This document shows, in pieces, positions 29,747-38,398 of a stretch of 64,000 bases of DNA. The position numbers and the translations under genes are program-made. Each line of letters opens with the position of its first letter. Within the stretch, counting starts at the first letter, position 1. This DNA is from a virus. The notes beneath the pieces are model-generated. The model did not search any database, had not been told where the DNA came from, and saw only the letters and a list, made by a program, of their open reading frames with translations. Location: IMG/VR virus record IMGVR_UViG_3300050821_003315. One strand, given 5' to 3'.

Positions 29747-30906
29747 TAGGCACCTTCGCGAACCGGACTGAAGGCCCGTACTACACCCGTAATCTTGTCC
29801 ACATCGTCCCAGGCTAGGTCAGGGTACAGCGGCAAGGTAACTAGCTCGCGCCATACCTTTTCTGTGACAGGCAAATTCCGCGCGTTCGGGAAAACGCCCT
29901 TGTAATATGTGATGGGCTTGTAGTGAACGCCCGCTGATACGCCGTGAGCCAGCATGTGGTCAATGAACCTGTCGCGATTCGTGGCGTTAATGCGCACTGT
30001 CATCAGGTGGTTCGATTCATACGGGCTAAAGTCTTCTCGCATCTTAAGCCAGCTTAGGCCGTCAAAACCAGCCTTGTACTGCTTGAGAATCTGGAAGCGA
30101 GCATCGTTCATTTCGTTCAATCGCGATAGTTGAACACGGCCCAGTGCTGCGGCGATGTCGTTAAGGTGAGCTTTCTCGCCGTCAACCGGAATATCGTAAT
30201 CCCAGTTATACCCCTTCTTATTGTCCCGCTCCCACGTAGACCGGTCAATTCCACACCAGCGTAGTGGCTTGAGCTTGGCGTAAGCCAGAGGGTCAGTGGT
30301 GGTTACCATCCCGCCGTCCCCCACAGCAAGGTTCTTTACGGCCTGGAATGACCACGCTGCTGCGTGGCCCACAGTTCCCGCTAGCCGCGTGCCTGCGGCA
30401 TGCGCGCAGTCCTCGATAACCGTAATGCCCTCCGGAAGGGCCGGAGGGAGCGATACGCGCCCTGCGTACCACACGGGGACAATCGCCTTAGGGGCGTCCT
30501 TGCGGCGGGCTGTGGCGCTCTCTAGCGTGTTCAGGGCATCATCCCAGTCAAGGCACATCGTAGTCTCGTCAATATCAGCGAAAACTACCTTGTTCTGGGC
30601 GTGCAACATCGCCTGACCTGTAGATACGAACGTGAGTGCAGGCACTACAACTGTACCCTTCTCAACTCCCAGTGAACGAGCAGCCAATTCTAGTGCGGAA
30701 GTACAGGAATTAACTCCGACCGCGTAGGGAGAAGTAGAGAACTGGTGCCTCGTGCCCGCCGCGTGTGCCTGAACTCGCAAGTACTCTGCAAAGTCCTTTT
30801 CGAAAGCTTCCACTTCCGGACCTAGTGCCCACCAACCGGACTTAAGGACGCGGGTTACCGCTTCAATTTCCCGGTCAGTTACTGACGGCTTGAACAGAGG
30901 TATCAT
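29746..30906 (-). CDS. DegT/DnrJ/EryC1/StrS PLP-dependent sugar aminotransferase
   Basis: VNSCTSALELA; IEDCAHA; WSFQAVKNLAVGDGGM (PLP Lys); LVTLPLYP. Confidence 0.95.
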   Translation of the reverse strand: MIPLFKPSVTDREIEAVTRVLKSGWWALGPEVEAFEKDFAEYLRVQAHAAGTRHQFSTSPYAVGVNSCTSALELAARSLGVEKGTVVVPALTFVSTGQAMLHAQNKVVFADIDETTMCLDWDDALNTLESATARRKDAPKAIVPVWYAGRVSLPPALPEGITVIEDCAHAAGTRLAGTVGHAAAWSFQAVKNLAVGDGGMVTTTDPLAYAKLKPLRWCGIDRSTWERDNKKGYNWDYDIPVDGEKAHLNDIAAALGRVQLSRLNEMNDARFQILKQYKAGFDGLSWLKMREDFSPYESNHLMTVRINATNRDRFIDHMLAHGVSAGVHYKPITYYKGVFPNARNLPVTEKVWRELVTLPLYPDLAWDDVDKITGVVRAFSPVREGA

Positions 30907-31370
30907 GATGTAATCATTTCTGTGTAGGGCAGGTAACGGTGCATGGAAACCATTCCGGGGCGCGGCCTTACGGACACTGTGCGGTTAAAGCCGTTCTTCC
31001 GGTAGAACTCAATGGCCTTATCATTGTCTTGCTTAACGTACAAGAAGAAGTCACCAGGCCCGTAAGCTTTCATGAGCATATTAAGTGCTTGCGACATCAA
31101 ACCTGTACGTGCATATTCTTTGGCCCCGAGCATCACGCGTTGGATTTCGCGCGTATCTGAGCGGATACCGATGGTACCCACAGGAAGAACATCGTCTATG
31201 ATAACTGCATACATGTGGTCCGAAGGGTCCACAATGTAGCTGTCAAACCACTCCTGTTGCATATTACGAGAGATAGGTTGTGTATCTCCGAAGAAATCAG
31301 CGTTCGCATTGCGCCATACTCGAACCACCTCTAGCAGGGCATAGTGCAACTTCTCTAGCTGTACGTCCAT
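30903..31370 (-). CDS. GNAT N-acetyltransferase (PseH-like amino-sugar acetylase)
   Basis: VRVWRN...QQEWF; YARTGLMSQA; NDKAIEFYRKNGF. Confidence 0.85.
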   Translation of the reverse strand: MDVQLEKLHYALLEVVRVWRNANADFFGDTQPISRNMQQEWFDSYIVDPSDHMYAVIIDDVLPVGTIGIRSDTREIQRVMLGAKEYARTGLMSQALNMLMKAYGPGDFFLYVKQDNDKAIEFYRKNGFNRTVSVRPRPGMVSMHRYLPYTEMITS

Positions 31371-32104
31371 TACGCCTTACTCCAAGTAGATACAGGTGTG
31401 AAGCGATGAATAGCTAGCGTTCGGTAGATTGGCTGGAAAGTGTACTTTTCCGCTAGTTTCAGAAGAAACAGGCCGTCAGAGTGACGAGCTACGTCTCCCT
31501 CGAAAGTCTCCGGGAATCTAGGCTTCTCAAGCTGCTCCAAGCATTCCTTGCGATAAATAACCTGGCCGCCATCAATGTACCCATCTATGTTCCAGTTGGT
31601 GGAGTCCTTGCCGCGCGTACCATTAGCTGGAATCATGAAGATAGGCATGCCTTTAACCACACGATGGTCCACCGCGCGGATTCCTTTGAGACCGAACCAA
31701 GCTACTGCCCAGTCTTCGTGGTCGTTAATGTGCTCCGCACAAACCTCAAAGCAGTCTTCCATGAGTAGGTCATCGTCACTAAGGTAAAAAATCCACTTAC
31801 CGTTAGCCTCAGGGTGGTATACGTTAAGTAGCCAGGACGGGACGTACTTAGTCTTCCTGATTTCCTTAGGAACAGTCATCTCCTCATAGTGAAACCGAGG
31901 GTCGGTGAGGATTTCAGGCATGCGCTGCTTGAGCAAGGGACGCGTCGTGGTGTCGGTGCTGTTCTCGATAATCCAGCACTCCCAATCCTGAAACGTCTGG
32001 TTCAGGACGCTCTGAATAGCTTGAACAGCATACGGTCCCTTGTTATGGGACAGCAAGAAGCAGGAGAACAAGGGTGACGTACTCTTACTCACAAGCTCAC
32101 ACAT
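31370..32104 (-). CDS. Family 2 glycosyltransferase (SpsA-like)
   Basis: AIQSVLNQTFQDWE; GKWIFYLSDDDL; IDGGQVIYRK. Confidence 0.9.
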   Translation of the reverse strand: MCELVSKSTSPLFSCFLLSHNKGPYAVQAIQSVLNQTFQDWECWIIENSTDTTTRPLLKQRMPEILTDPRFHYEEMTVPKEIRKTKYVPSWLLNVYHPEANGKWIFYLSDDDLLMEDCFEVCAEHINDHEDWAVAWFGLKGIRAVDHRVVKGMPIFMIPANGTRGKDSTNWNIDGYIDGGQVIYRKECLEQLEKPRFPETFEGDVARHSDGLFLLKLAEKYTFQPIYRTLAIHRFTPVSTWSKA

Positions 32105-33152
32105 TTCTTCCGAAAGTCCAGTTGGCTGGATACAGCTTACTGTATGCGTGTTCCCACCGCGTCCAGTGCTCATCGATAGTGTGCTGTGCCGCAGTGGCCT
32201 TGCCGGCTTCTCCCATCTTGTGTCGCAAGTCATTGTCGCTTGCAAGATTAGACAGGACCTCTAGCCATTCGTGGTCACGCTTAACCAAGAAGCCGTTCTC
32301 ACCGTGGACCACTAGTTCGTTGTACGGAGCGCAGTCACTAGCGACCACCGGAATGCCGCGCGCCATGTACTCCAGAGCTTTAATATAGCTCTTGGACTTA
32401 GCAAACTCGGTATCGATTAGCGGGCAAATCCCGATATCAAAGTCGATGCTCTTGTAGTAGAGGTCTGGCTCATCAGTCACCTTAATCCACGGCTCGTGAA
32501 AAGCACGGTCTCGGGCAACTTTGAAGCTAGGCCGAAAGTCTACACCACCTAGGTAAAGGTCCCACTCCGGGAAACGCTTCAGGAAGCGCCTCACCGAGGG
32601 TGTGGCAAGATGCACATCACGTCCGTGCGAAGCACCCCCTACCCAGCCGACCCGAGGGCGCTTACGCTCAGTACGGGACTGCTTAAGAACGTATGCAGGG
32701 ATAAGGTTTTGCAGTACTACAGTGTTCGGATTGAACTCATCATGAATAGCTTTAAGGCGGTCTGTAGATACGGTGACAAGGTCTGATACTTCACAAGCAG
32801 CTACAACAGCTTCGCGTACGTCAATACGCTGATAGTGCTGGAAGGCTTGCCAGTTTTCTTGTGTTACGTTAAACAGGTCGTCATCGTTCTCGTATACGAG
32901 TCGACTGAACGGAGTGCGTCCCCTGCGCCACACACTAAGACCGTCGTACTTGTTGATTCGCTGCCCTACTACAAGGTCGAAGCCTGAGAAGTTACGAGTA
33001 AGCTCGAACCCCTCTGTTTCGTCGTAAGGCGTGCGCTCGTTGTGAGCTGTAACGAAGGTCACGTCATACCCGTGCTTACGGAACTCTAGCAGAGGCTGGA
33101 TGACTCTGTACCAAGCACAACCGGAGCTGTCATGTATAGCCAATATTCGCAT
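32097..33152 (-). CDS. GT-B (family 4-like) glycosyltransferase
   Basis: SGCAWYRVIQP; YENDDDLF; DIGICPL...KSYIKALEYMARGIPVVASD. Confidence 0.9.
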   Translation of the reverse strand: MRILAIHDSSGCAWYRVIQPLLEFRKHGYDVTFVTAHNERTPYDETEGFELTRNFSGFDLVVGQRINKYDGLSVWRRGRTPFSRLVYENDDDLFNVTQENWQAFQHYQRIDVREAVVAACEVSDLVTVSTDRLKAIHDEFNPNTVVLQNLIPAYVLKQSRTERKRPRVGWVGGASHGRDVHLATPSVRRFLKRFPEWDLYLGGVDFRPSFKVARDRAFHEPWIKVTDEPDLYYKSIDFDIGICPLIDTEFAKSKSYIKALEYMARGIPVVASDCAPYNELVVHGENGFLVKRDHEWLEVLSNLASDNDLRHKMGEAGKATAAQHTIDEHWTRWEHAYSKLYPANWTFGRNV

Positions 33153-33161
33153 GGGGGTAGT

Positions 33162-33359
33162 CTACCGCACCCACCACATGCACTCTTCCTTTGCGGCTGA
33201 AAAAGCTTCACCCCACGTGCGCCGTTCCCCTGATGCTCCGATATCTCCGTAGTGGTCGTGAGCATTGACTACTAGCCGCCACACCCAGTACTCATTCTCT
33301 TTGCGTATCTGAATGCGAATTCTAGATGCTGACCCGTAGCCTGCACGCCAAGGGGACAT
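33162..33359 (-). CDS. Hypothetical protein
   Basis: ORF packed in operon. Confidence 0.5.
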   Translation of the reverse strand: MSPWRAGYGSASRIRIQIRKENEYWVWRLVVNAHDHYGDIGASGERRTWGEAFSAAKEECMWWVR

Positions 33360-33360
33360 T

Positions 33361-33816
33361 TTAACCAGCGCCTCCAGGAAGGAAAACGGTCACCAAGCTA
33401 CCCACAGCTATGATGATGGCAAACAACAGGACAGTACTGCCTACAGAAAGCACGGTTATCTTCTTGCCGCGAGCCTTAGCTCGAATCCAGCCTACGAACA
33501 CCGCGATTACGAATGAGATGACAATCATTAGCACGAACGCAGGTGTACCGCGCATGAACGCAAAGGGAAGAGCGGGTAGGATTGCTCCGATACCTGTAGC
33601 AGCGCCCATAATTGCAGAAGCTGAGAAACCGTTATCACTGTCTGACATGAATTCACTGCCACCCATAGACAGGGCTGAGGTTATAGCTCCCGATACGGCA
33701 GTCAGGAATATGAGGTCTTGGTGTCCAAGAAGGTAAAGTATTACTCCCAGGAGGGACATCATGCCATCGGCCAAACCAAATATGGTAGGCCGGAAGTGGT
33801 CCTGGAAGCGGCTCAT
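33361..33816 (-). CDS. VIT1/CCC1-family Fe/Mn transporter-like membrane protein
   Basis: RPTIFGLADGMMS; ALSMGGSEFMS; GAILPALPF. Confidence 0.82.
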   Translation of the reverse strand: MSRFQDHFRPTIFGLADGMMSLLGVILYLLGHQDLIFLTAVSGAITSALSMGGSEFMSDSDNGFSASAIMGAATGIGAILPALPFAFMRGTPAFVLMIVISFVIAVFVGWIRAKARGKKITVLSVGSTVLLFAIIIAVGSLVTVFLPGGAG

Positions 33817-34061
33817 TAGCGGAGGAACCCCTCCGACAGTACACGCCATTCACCGGTCTCGTTTACCCAGACCGCCACACTGTGGCAGCCTGGGCATTCG
33901 ATTGACGGTACTGGGTACTGGGTGCGGGGCAGGAGAACCCACCCGATGTTACTGGAAGCGAAGGTCACTATTTCCGTGCGCACACTGCCATTACGGCAAC
34001 GATGCGCGAAGCTCGTGCCCTCTATGCGCGATAGTGCCCTCGCGGTAGCGTCGATACTCAC
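33816..34061 (-). CDS. Hypothetical protein with HxC/CxxC
   Basis: FAHRC...PSIECPGCH. Confidence 0.55.
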   Translation of the reverse strand: MSIDATARALSRIEGTSFAHRCRNGSVRTEIVTFASSNIGWVLLPRTQYPVPSIECPGCHSVAVWVNETGEWRVLSEGFLR

Positions 34062-34080
34062 GGGGCATCAATCTCTAGAC

Positions 34081-34329
34081 CTAGGTCTGCTTCCAAGGGC
34101 CAGGGCCGTCCGGGAATCCGCCAGTTGCGTCTCCGTTAGCGCCCGCTGCACCTGAGCAGTGGTCTACCTTGACCCACTTATTGGCGGCAGAATCATTCTG
34201 TCGCGCATCAGTTGCGTCGTAGTGATACTCGTTTAGCTCGTGGTCAGGCGTGCCCATGCACACATCCGGGCCGTCTTCTAGGTGGTCGTGCTCCATTGGG
34301 TGCTCAGTAGGACCCCAGTTGCTAGCCAT
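34081..34329 (-). CDS. Hypothetical acidic protein
   Basis: ATG 34329 after GGAAGGA; overlaps upstream stop. Confidence 0.6.
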   Translation of the reverse strand: MASNWGPTEHPMEHDHLEDGPDVCMGTPDHELNEYHYDATDARQNDSAANKWVKVDHCSGAAGANGDATGGFPDGPGPWKQT

Positions 34330-34585
34330 TGGTGCATTCCTTCCATTCAAGAGTAGGCGCGGCATAGTCACTGCCCCGTCCAGCACGCTCCATTACTGTA
34401 GCGCGTGGGTCGTGTGTTACAGGAGTGTCCTGAATGCCAGGGTCGTCTTGCTCTTCCTTGGCGGGCAACGGGTCTACCGGTTCACTGCCCGGTGCCTTCA
34501 TGGACCACTTTTCAGCTTCAGTGTTAACAGTATTACCGGCTGCCATGGAACTTCCCGCGACTAGCGAGTGCTCAGCCATCGGCAT
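34322..34585 (-). CDS. Hypothetical acidic protein
   Basis: ATG 34585 downstream of GAAGGA. Confidence 0.55.
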   Translation of the reverse strand: MPMAEHSLVAGSSMAAGNTVNTEAEKWSMKAPGSEPVDPLPAKEEQDDPGIQDTPVTHDPRATVMERAGRGSDYAAPTLEWKECTNG

Positions 34586-34589
34586 GTTG

Positions 34590-34808
34590 CTAAGGTCCTT
34601 CACCTGTGTTCGCCTCCTCAGGCGGCTCGCCAGTATCTTGGTCATCAGGAACGGCGTCATCATCGGCACCGTCAGGAACAACGTCCTCGTCCGGGTCTTC
34701 TGGCGGTATGCCTGTTACGAGAACGTCATCCTTTATCAAGCTGCTCTGGGCACGCGGGCTACCGTAAACCGGCATCGATGCCCAGGGCACGCTTGACAAA
34801 TCTCTCAT
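34590..34808 (-). CDS. Hypothetical very acidic protein
   Basis: D/E/P-rich, 72 aa. Confidence 0.6.
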   Translation of the reverse strand: MRDLSSVPWASMPVYGSPRAQSSLIKDDVLVTGIPPEDPDEDVVPDGADDDAVPDDQDTGEPPEEANTGEGP

Positions 34809-34818
34809 CAGCTAAGCC

Positions 34819-35358
34819 TTACGGCTTTACCGCACGTCCGCCACGCAGAGTACGGCCAGAGCCTGCACCTGTGCTGGTCGGGCGGTTGCCCTCAAGACCG
34901 GGAAGGGTGGGTCCGCCTGCGTAGCCGTCAGTGTTGGCCTGGGACCAATCGCCCATGCCGTCCACGTGACCCTGTGCAGTTGCCTCACGGAAAGGTCCGC
35001 CATCAAGGTAACCGGGAGGCGTGTAGGTAACACTGTCACCACCAGCTGCGTTAACTACGCCCTGAGTACCAGGCGAGCCAGTTTCAGCTGTGTCGTTCGG
35101 ACCAAGACCGGAGAAGTCTTCGTCAAGCTGACCAGGCATGTTGGTGGCATCAGCCGATGCGTCAGTCGCACTAGAACCAGCAGTACCGGGAGCACCGGTA
35201 CCCTGAGGCAATGCAACACCGAATAGGTCAGCGGGGTACTGACCGGGCTGGTCGGTAACATCCTCGCCGCCACCGCGACCAGCGCGGCCAACTATCTGCT
35301 CACGGGCAGGCACCGTGGTCGAAGCCAGCGCCTGACCTTCCTTAGGGTTAACAGCCAT
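34819..35358 (-). CDS. Gly/Asp/Thr-rich low-complexity protein
   Basis: RBS GAAAGGTG; codon bias like the capsid gene. Confidence 0.75.
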   Translation of the reverse strand: MAVNPKEGQALASTTVPAREQIVGRAGRGGGEDVTDQPGQYPADLFGVALPQGTGAPGTAGSSATDASADATNMPGQLDEDFSGLGPNDTAETGSPGTQGVVNAAGGDSVTYTPPGYLDGGPFREATAQGHVDGMGDWSQANTDGYAGGPTLPGLEGNRPTSTGAGSGRTLRGGRAVKP

Positions 35359-35405
35359 TTTTATTACACCTTTCGTTACGGTGCCGTCTTATTCAGTGTA
35401 AGCCA

Positions 35406-35903
35406 TTAAAGGCGTCCACCATAGCGGCTCTGTAGGTCTGCCTTGGTCAAAGATGATGCATCATCAGCATCGTGTCCCTGAGATACCGCATAAGTAACCC
35501 AGTCTGCCTTGGAAGCGTAGGGAGCAGGCTTCGTAACTTCCTCAACTGCTTCGTCTGCTGTGTCTTCTTCAGCCACAACTTCCTCGGTAGGCTCCTCGAC
35601 GTTTTCCTCAACTACAGGCTCTACATCTGCGGATACTTTAGGTGAAGAAACAGGCTGACCACCATGGTATTCGCGCTCAATTGGCTCATCGAGAGGAACT
35701 ACCTCAGAATCAACCTTCGGCTGGGAAAGGTTAGCTGCTTCCTCGTCAGAGGTGTACACAGCTTCTTTAATGCGGGTTAGTGCTTCGCCTTCCCACTCGG
35801 GAACGCTAAAAGGCTCACCAGGCGTCGGCCACTCACGGTTGTCATAACGCGAGCCATTGCGCTGGCTGATGAGCTTAATCCATACACGACGCTCGTCGCT
35901 CAT
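35406..35903 (-). CDS. Capsid-adjacent protein with C-terminal helix-extension-helix-like motif
   Basis: PAPYASKADWVTYAV...LTKADLQSRYG, a motif I recognise downstream of actinophage capsid genes. Confidence 0.7.
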   Translation of the reverse strand: MSDERRVWIKLISQRNGSRYDNREWPTPGEPFSVPEWEGEALTRIKEAVYTSDEEAANLSQPKVDSEVVPLDEPIEREYHGGQPVSSPKVSADVEPVVEENVEEPTEEVVAEEDTADEAVEEVTKPAPYASKADWVTYAVSQGHDADDASSLTKADLQSRYGGRL

Positions 35904-35926
35904 TTTCTCTCCTAAGTGTTGACGAT

Positions 35927-35965
35927 GAAAAAGCCGGTAGCCGATAACCGGCTACCGGCTTTTTC
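35927..35965. terminator. Bidirectional intrinsic terminator after capsid gene
   Basis: gaaaaagccggtagccg ataac cggctaccggctttttc. Confidence 0.9.
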
Positions 35966-35980
35966 TCAAGGTCCCGCAGG

Positions 35981-37258
35981 TTAGCTTGCGCCACCCTTGA
36001 ACATCTTGATAGCGTTGGTGTCTACCAGTGTACCGTCACCACGGAGTAGTGCACGGAAGGTCACTAGGTCAGAACCGAACGCGAAGTCGTCGCTACGCTC
36101 GAATCGCACTCCACCGACAAGGCGGATGAAGTACTGAGCGAAGTCACCGAAAGCGATGGACAGCGCGCTCGTGCCGATTGCCGGCATGTACGGGTCTGCA
36201 ACTAGGGGCTTGCCCAGAAGCAGGTCCGGTGCGCCGAGAACCGCAGAGGGCTCCCAGACCGGGCGACCGTTGTTGTCGGTCAGCTTACGGAAGCTGCCCA
36301 CGGTCTTGTCAGCAGCGAGCCAGTAGCAGCTACGGGACTGACGGTAAGGAGCGATAACGGAGTACTCCATGTCAACCAGGTTGGCGTATGTTGCGCCACC
36401 GGTTGCCACGCCGTTACCGGAGATAGCGGAGGTCAGGCCACCCGTGACAGCCGGGGTTGCGCCCGCGAGGGACGTAAGACCACCGGAGATGCCGTTGGTG
36501 CCGTTAACCAGGGAGGTACCGAAGGAGTTACCAAGTGCACGACCAGCGCTCATTGCGAGGTAGCCGAGCAGGTCAACCGCAGTGTCGTCAATCAGTTCGC
36601 GAGCGACCTGAATCAGGACACCGAACTTCTGCGCACCCAGAGTGGTGAGCGTGAAGGTCGGGTCAGCGGTCGGAAGGCTTGCGTTCTGACCAGCGGACGT
36701 TGCCGTGGTGTGAGTCAGAGCCTTCGGAATCTGGAGGGTCTCGCCACCACCAGTGTTAAGGACCGTAGGTCCACACTGCATGATGCCGGAAACTTCAATC
36801 AGGTACGCAATGAGCTGGTCGTAGAAGTCAGTCGGGATGATACCGGAAGCGTTAGTTCCAGCACCCGCGCCTGCCGTGGTCAGAACACGGTAGTTAACCG
36901 GTCCTGCTGCCTGACGGCGAACTTCGAAGACAGACTTGCTGCCCTCTTCGCCACGTGCCCAACGGCGCAGCTCTTCTACGTACTGCGTGCCGCCCGCCTG
37001 CTGCGTGCTGCGCTCTGCCTTACGGCCACTCAGCTCGTCGTAAGCGTCGTCGGCCTCCTTGGCGCGCTTCTCAGTGTCGAGAACAGCCTTGAGGCGAGTG
37101 TCAATGTTGCCAAGCTCCTCCTGAAGAGCCTCCCACTTACCCTGCTCGTCCGGGGTAAAAGAGCGGTTCTCCTCAGCAGCGCTTTCTGCAATGCCCTTGG
37201 CCTCGTTCCAGACGTTCATACGCCGGTCACGGAGCCGCTTTGCGACTTCAGATGCCAC
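35981..37258 (-). CDS. Major capsid protein, HK97 fold
   Basis: Coiled-coil delta domain; ARELIDD; KLTDNNGRPVW; LLGKPLV; FGDFAQY. Start GTG 37258 after AGAAAGG. Confidence 0.96.
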   Translation of the reverse strand: MASEVAKRLRDRRMNVWNEAKGIAESAAEENRSFTPDEQGKWEALQEELGNIDTRLKAVLDTEKRAKEADDAYDELSGRKAERSTQQAGGTQYVEELRRWARGEEGSKSVFEVRRQAAGPVNYRVLTTAGAGAGTNASGIIPTDFYDQLIAYLIEVSGIMQCGPTVLNTGGGETLQIPKALTHTTATSAGQNASLPTADPTFTLTTLGAQKFGVLIQVARELIDDTAVDLLGYLAMSAGRALGNSFGTSLVNGTNGISGGLTSLAGATPAVTGGLTSAISGNGVATGGATYANLVDMEYSVIAPYRQSRSCYWLAADKTVGSFRKLTDNNGRPVWEPSAVLGAPDLLLGKPLVADPYMPAIGTSALSIAFGDFAQYFIRLVGGVRFERSDDFAFGSDLVTFRALLRGDGTLVDTNAIKMFKGGAS

Positions 37259-37395
37259 TAGCTTAACCTTTCTAGGTTTTAACTGGCACCGGCTCCGTCT
37301 ACCCAGATGGCGAGTATGGCCACGGCATGTCACTATCCATAATACAGATGGACGGCGTATTGACAATACCTAATCGTGAAACTAGGTGTATTTTT

Positions 37396-38031
37396 CTAAA
37401 GTTCCGGAGGTGAGAACGTCACAAGTACGTTCTTTTCTGGGTCAACGGGGACCGAAGGGTGGTAGTGAACTGTAAGAGCGTCAACAGACGCGTACTTAAC
37501 GCCCGCCTTAAGCCACGACAACACCAGTTCCCAGTCTTCGGCAGGATGTGCAGGACCCCAAGAGGCCGTATCAAGAAGTTCCCGGCGATGCATAAGCATA
37601 GATGTCTGAACACGACCGTGCGCGGGAGGTCCGTCCCCTATACGTACAGTCCCTTTAGTCATGTGCACTTCTGCTCGCGTGTAAGCAAATTGTGCTTCTT
37701 CATCTTCTAGTAGCGCAGATATTAGTACCTGAAGATGATTAGGCTCCCAGAGGTCGTCGTCGTCCAGGTAAGCGATGAAATCTCCGCGAGCTATATTCAA
37801 TCCGTAAGGACGAGCATGATGTCCCCAATGTTTCTCGGAATCATGCTGTGTTAGTTCCACGTAGCGCACGCTGTCTGGCCAGTTGTACTGACTTAGCATT
37901 AGGTCAGGTCCGTCTGAAATAATGATGTGCTCATGAGGCACCTGTTGCGCTTGAACTGTAGGCAAACACTTATGCAGCAGCGTGTCATGCCGTTGCCACG
38001 TCGGGGTTATCACGGATACTAGGGGCCTCAT
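37396..38031 (-). CDS. Family 2 glycosyltransferase
   Basis: VSVITPTW; ARGDFIAYLDDDDLWEPNHL; paralogue of 25880..26542. Confidence 0.93.
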   Translation of the reverse strand: MRPLVSVITPTWQRHDTLLHKCLPTVQAQQVPHEHIIISDGPDLMLSQYNWPDSVRYVELTQHDSEKHWGHHARPYGLNIARGDFIAYLDDDDLWEPNHLQVLISALLEDEEAQFAYTRAEVHMTKGTVRIGDGPPAHGRVQTSMLMHRRELLDTASWGPAHPAEDWELVLSWLKAGVKYASVDALTVHYHPSVPVDPEKNVLVTFSPPEL

Positions 38032-38042
38032 GAGCAAATCCT

Positions 38043-38333
38043 CTAACAAGTAGCGGCGTTAGCGACAATCATCCAGCAAAGAATATCTACTGTGTAACTG
38101 TTTCCGCCACTTTGATTAGCTACCGAAGCTTGAAAACGCCACTTCGTGGCATCCGTAGGGTGCGGACCATCTGCTGACATGAAGGCGCTTCCACTACCCA
38201 GTTCAGAAGACGTAATCTGAATACCGGACGACACAACTATAGTGTTAGCAGGGATGTCTACGTCCACAATTGAAGACGATGTGATAGTGGCGGTCTGGGT
38301 TACGGTCTGGATACCGAGGCCAATATCTGCCAT
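38043..38333 (-). CDS. Small beta-rich hypothetical protein (possible virion component)
   Basis: Thr/Ser/Val-rich, 96 aa, between protease and capsid. Confidence 0.55.
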   Translation of the reverse strand: MADIGLGIQTVTQTATITSSSIVDVDIPANTIVVSSGIQITSSELGSGSAFMSADGPHPTDATKWRFQASVANQSGGNSYTVDILCWMIVANAATC

Positions 38334-38345
38334 GTTAAACTCCAA

Positions 38346-38379
38346 AGGCTAGGTTACGGTTTTTACCGTAACCTAGCCT
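38346..38379 (-). terminator. Hairpin / probable terminator after protease gene
   Basis: aggctaggttacggt tttt accgtaacctagcct perfect inverted repeat. Confidence 0.7.
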
Positions 38380-38398
38380 ATCAGAAGTTAAAACTTCC

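Noticed and set aside
37259-37366. N-terminal 36 aa of the tracked capsid ORF
   Set aside because: A better start is GTG 37258 with an AGAAAGG RBS; the upstream part is leader or promoter sequence.
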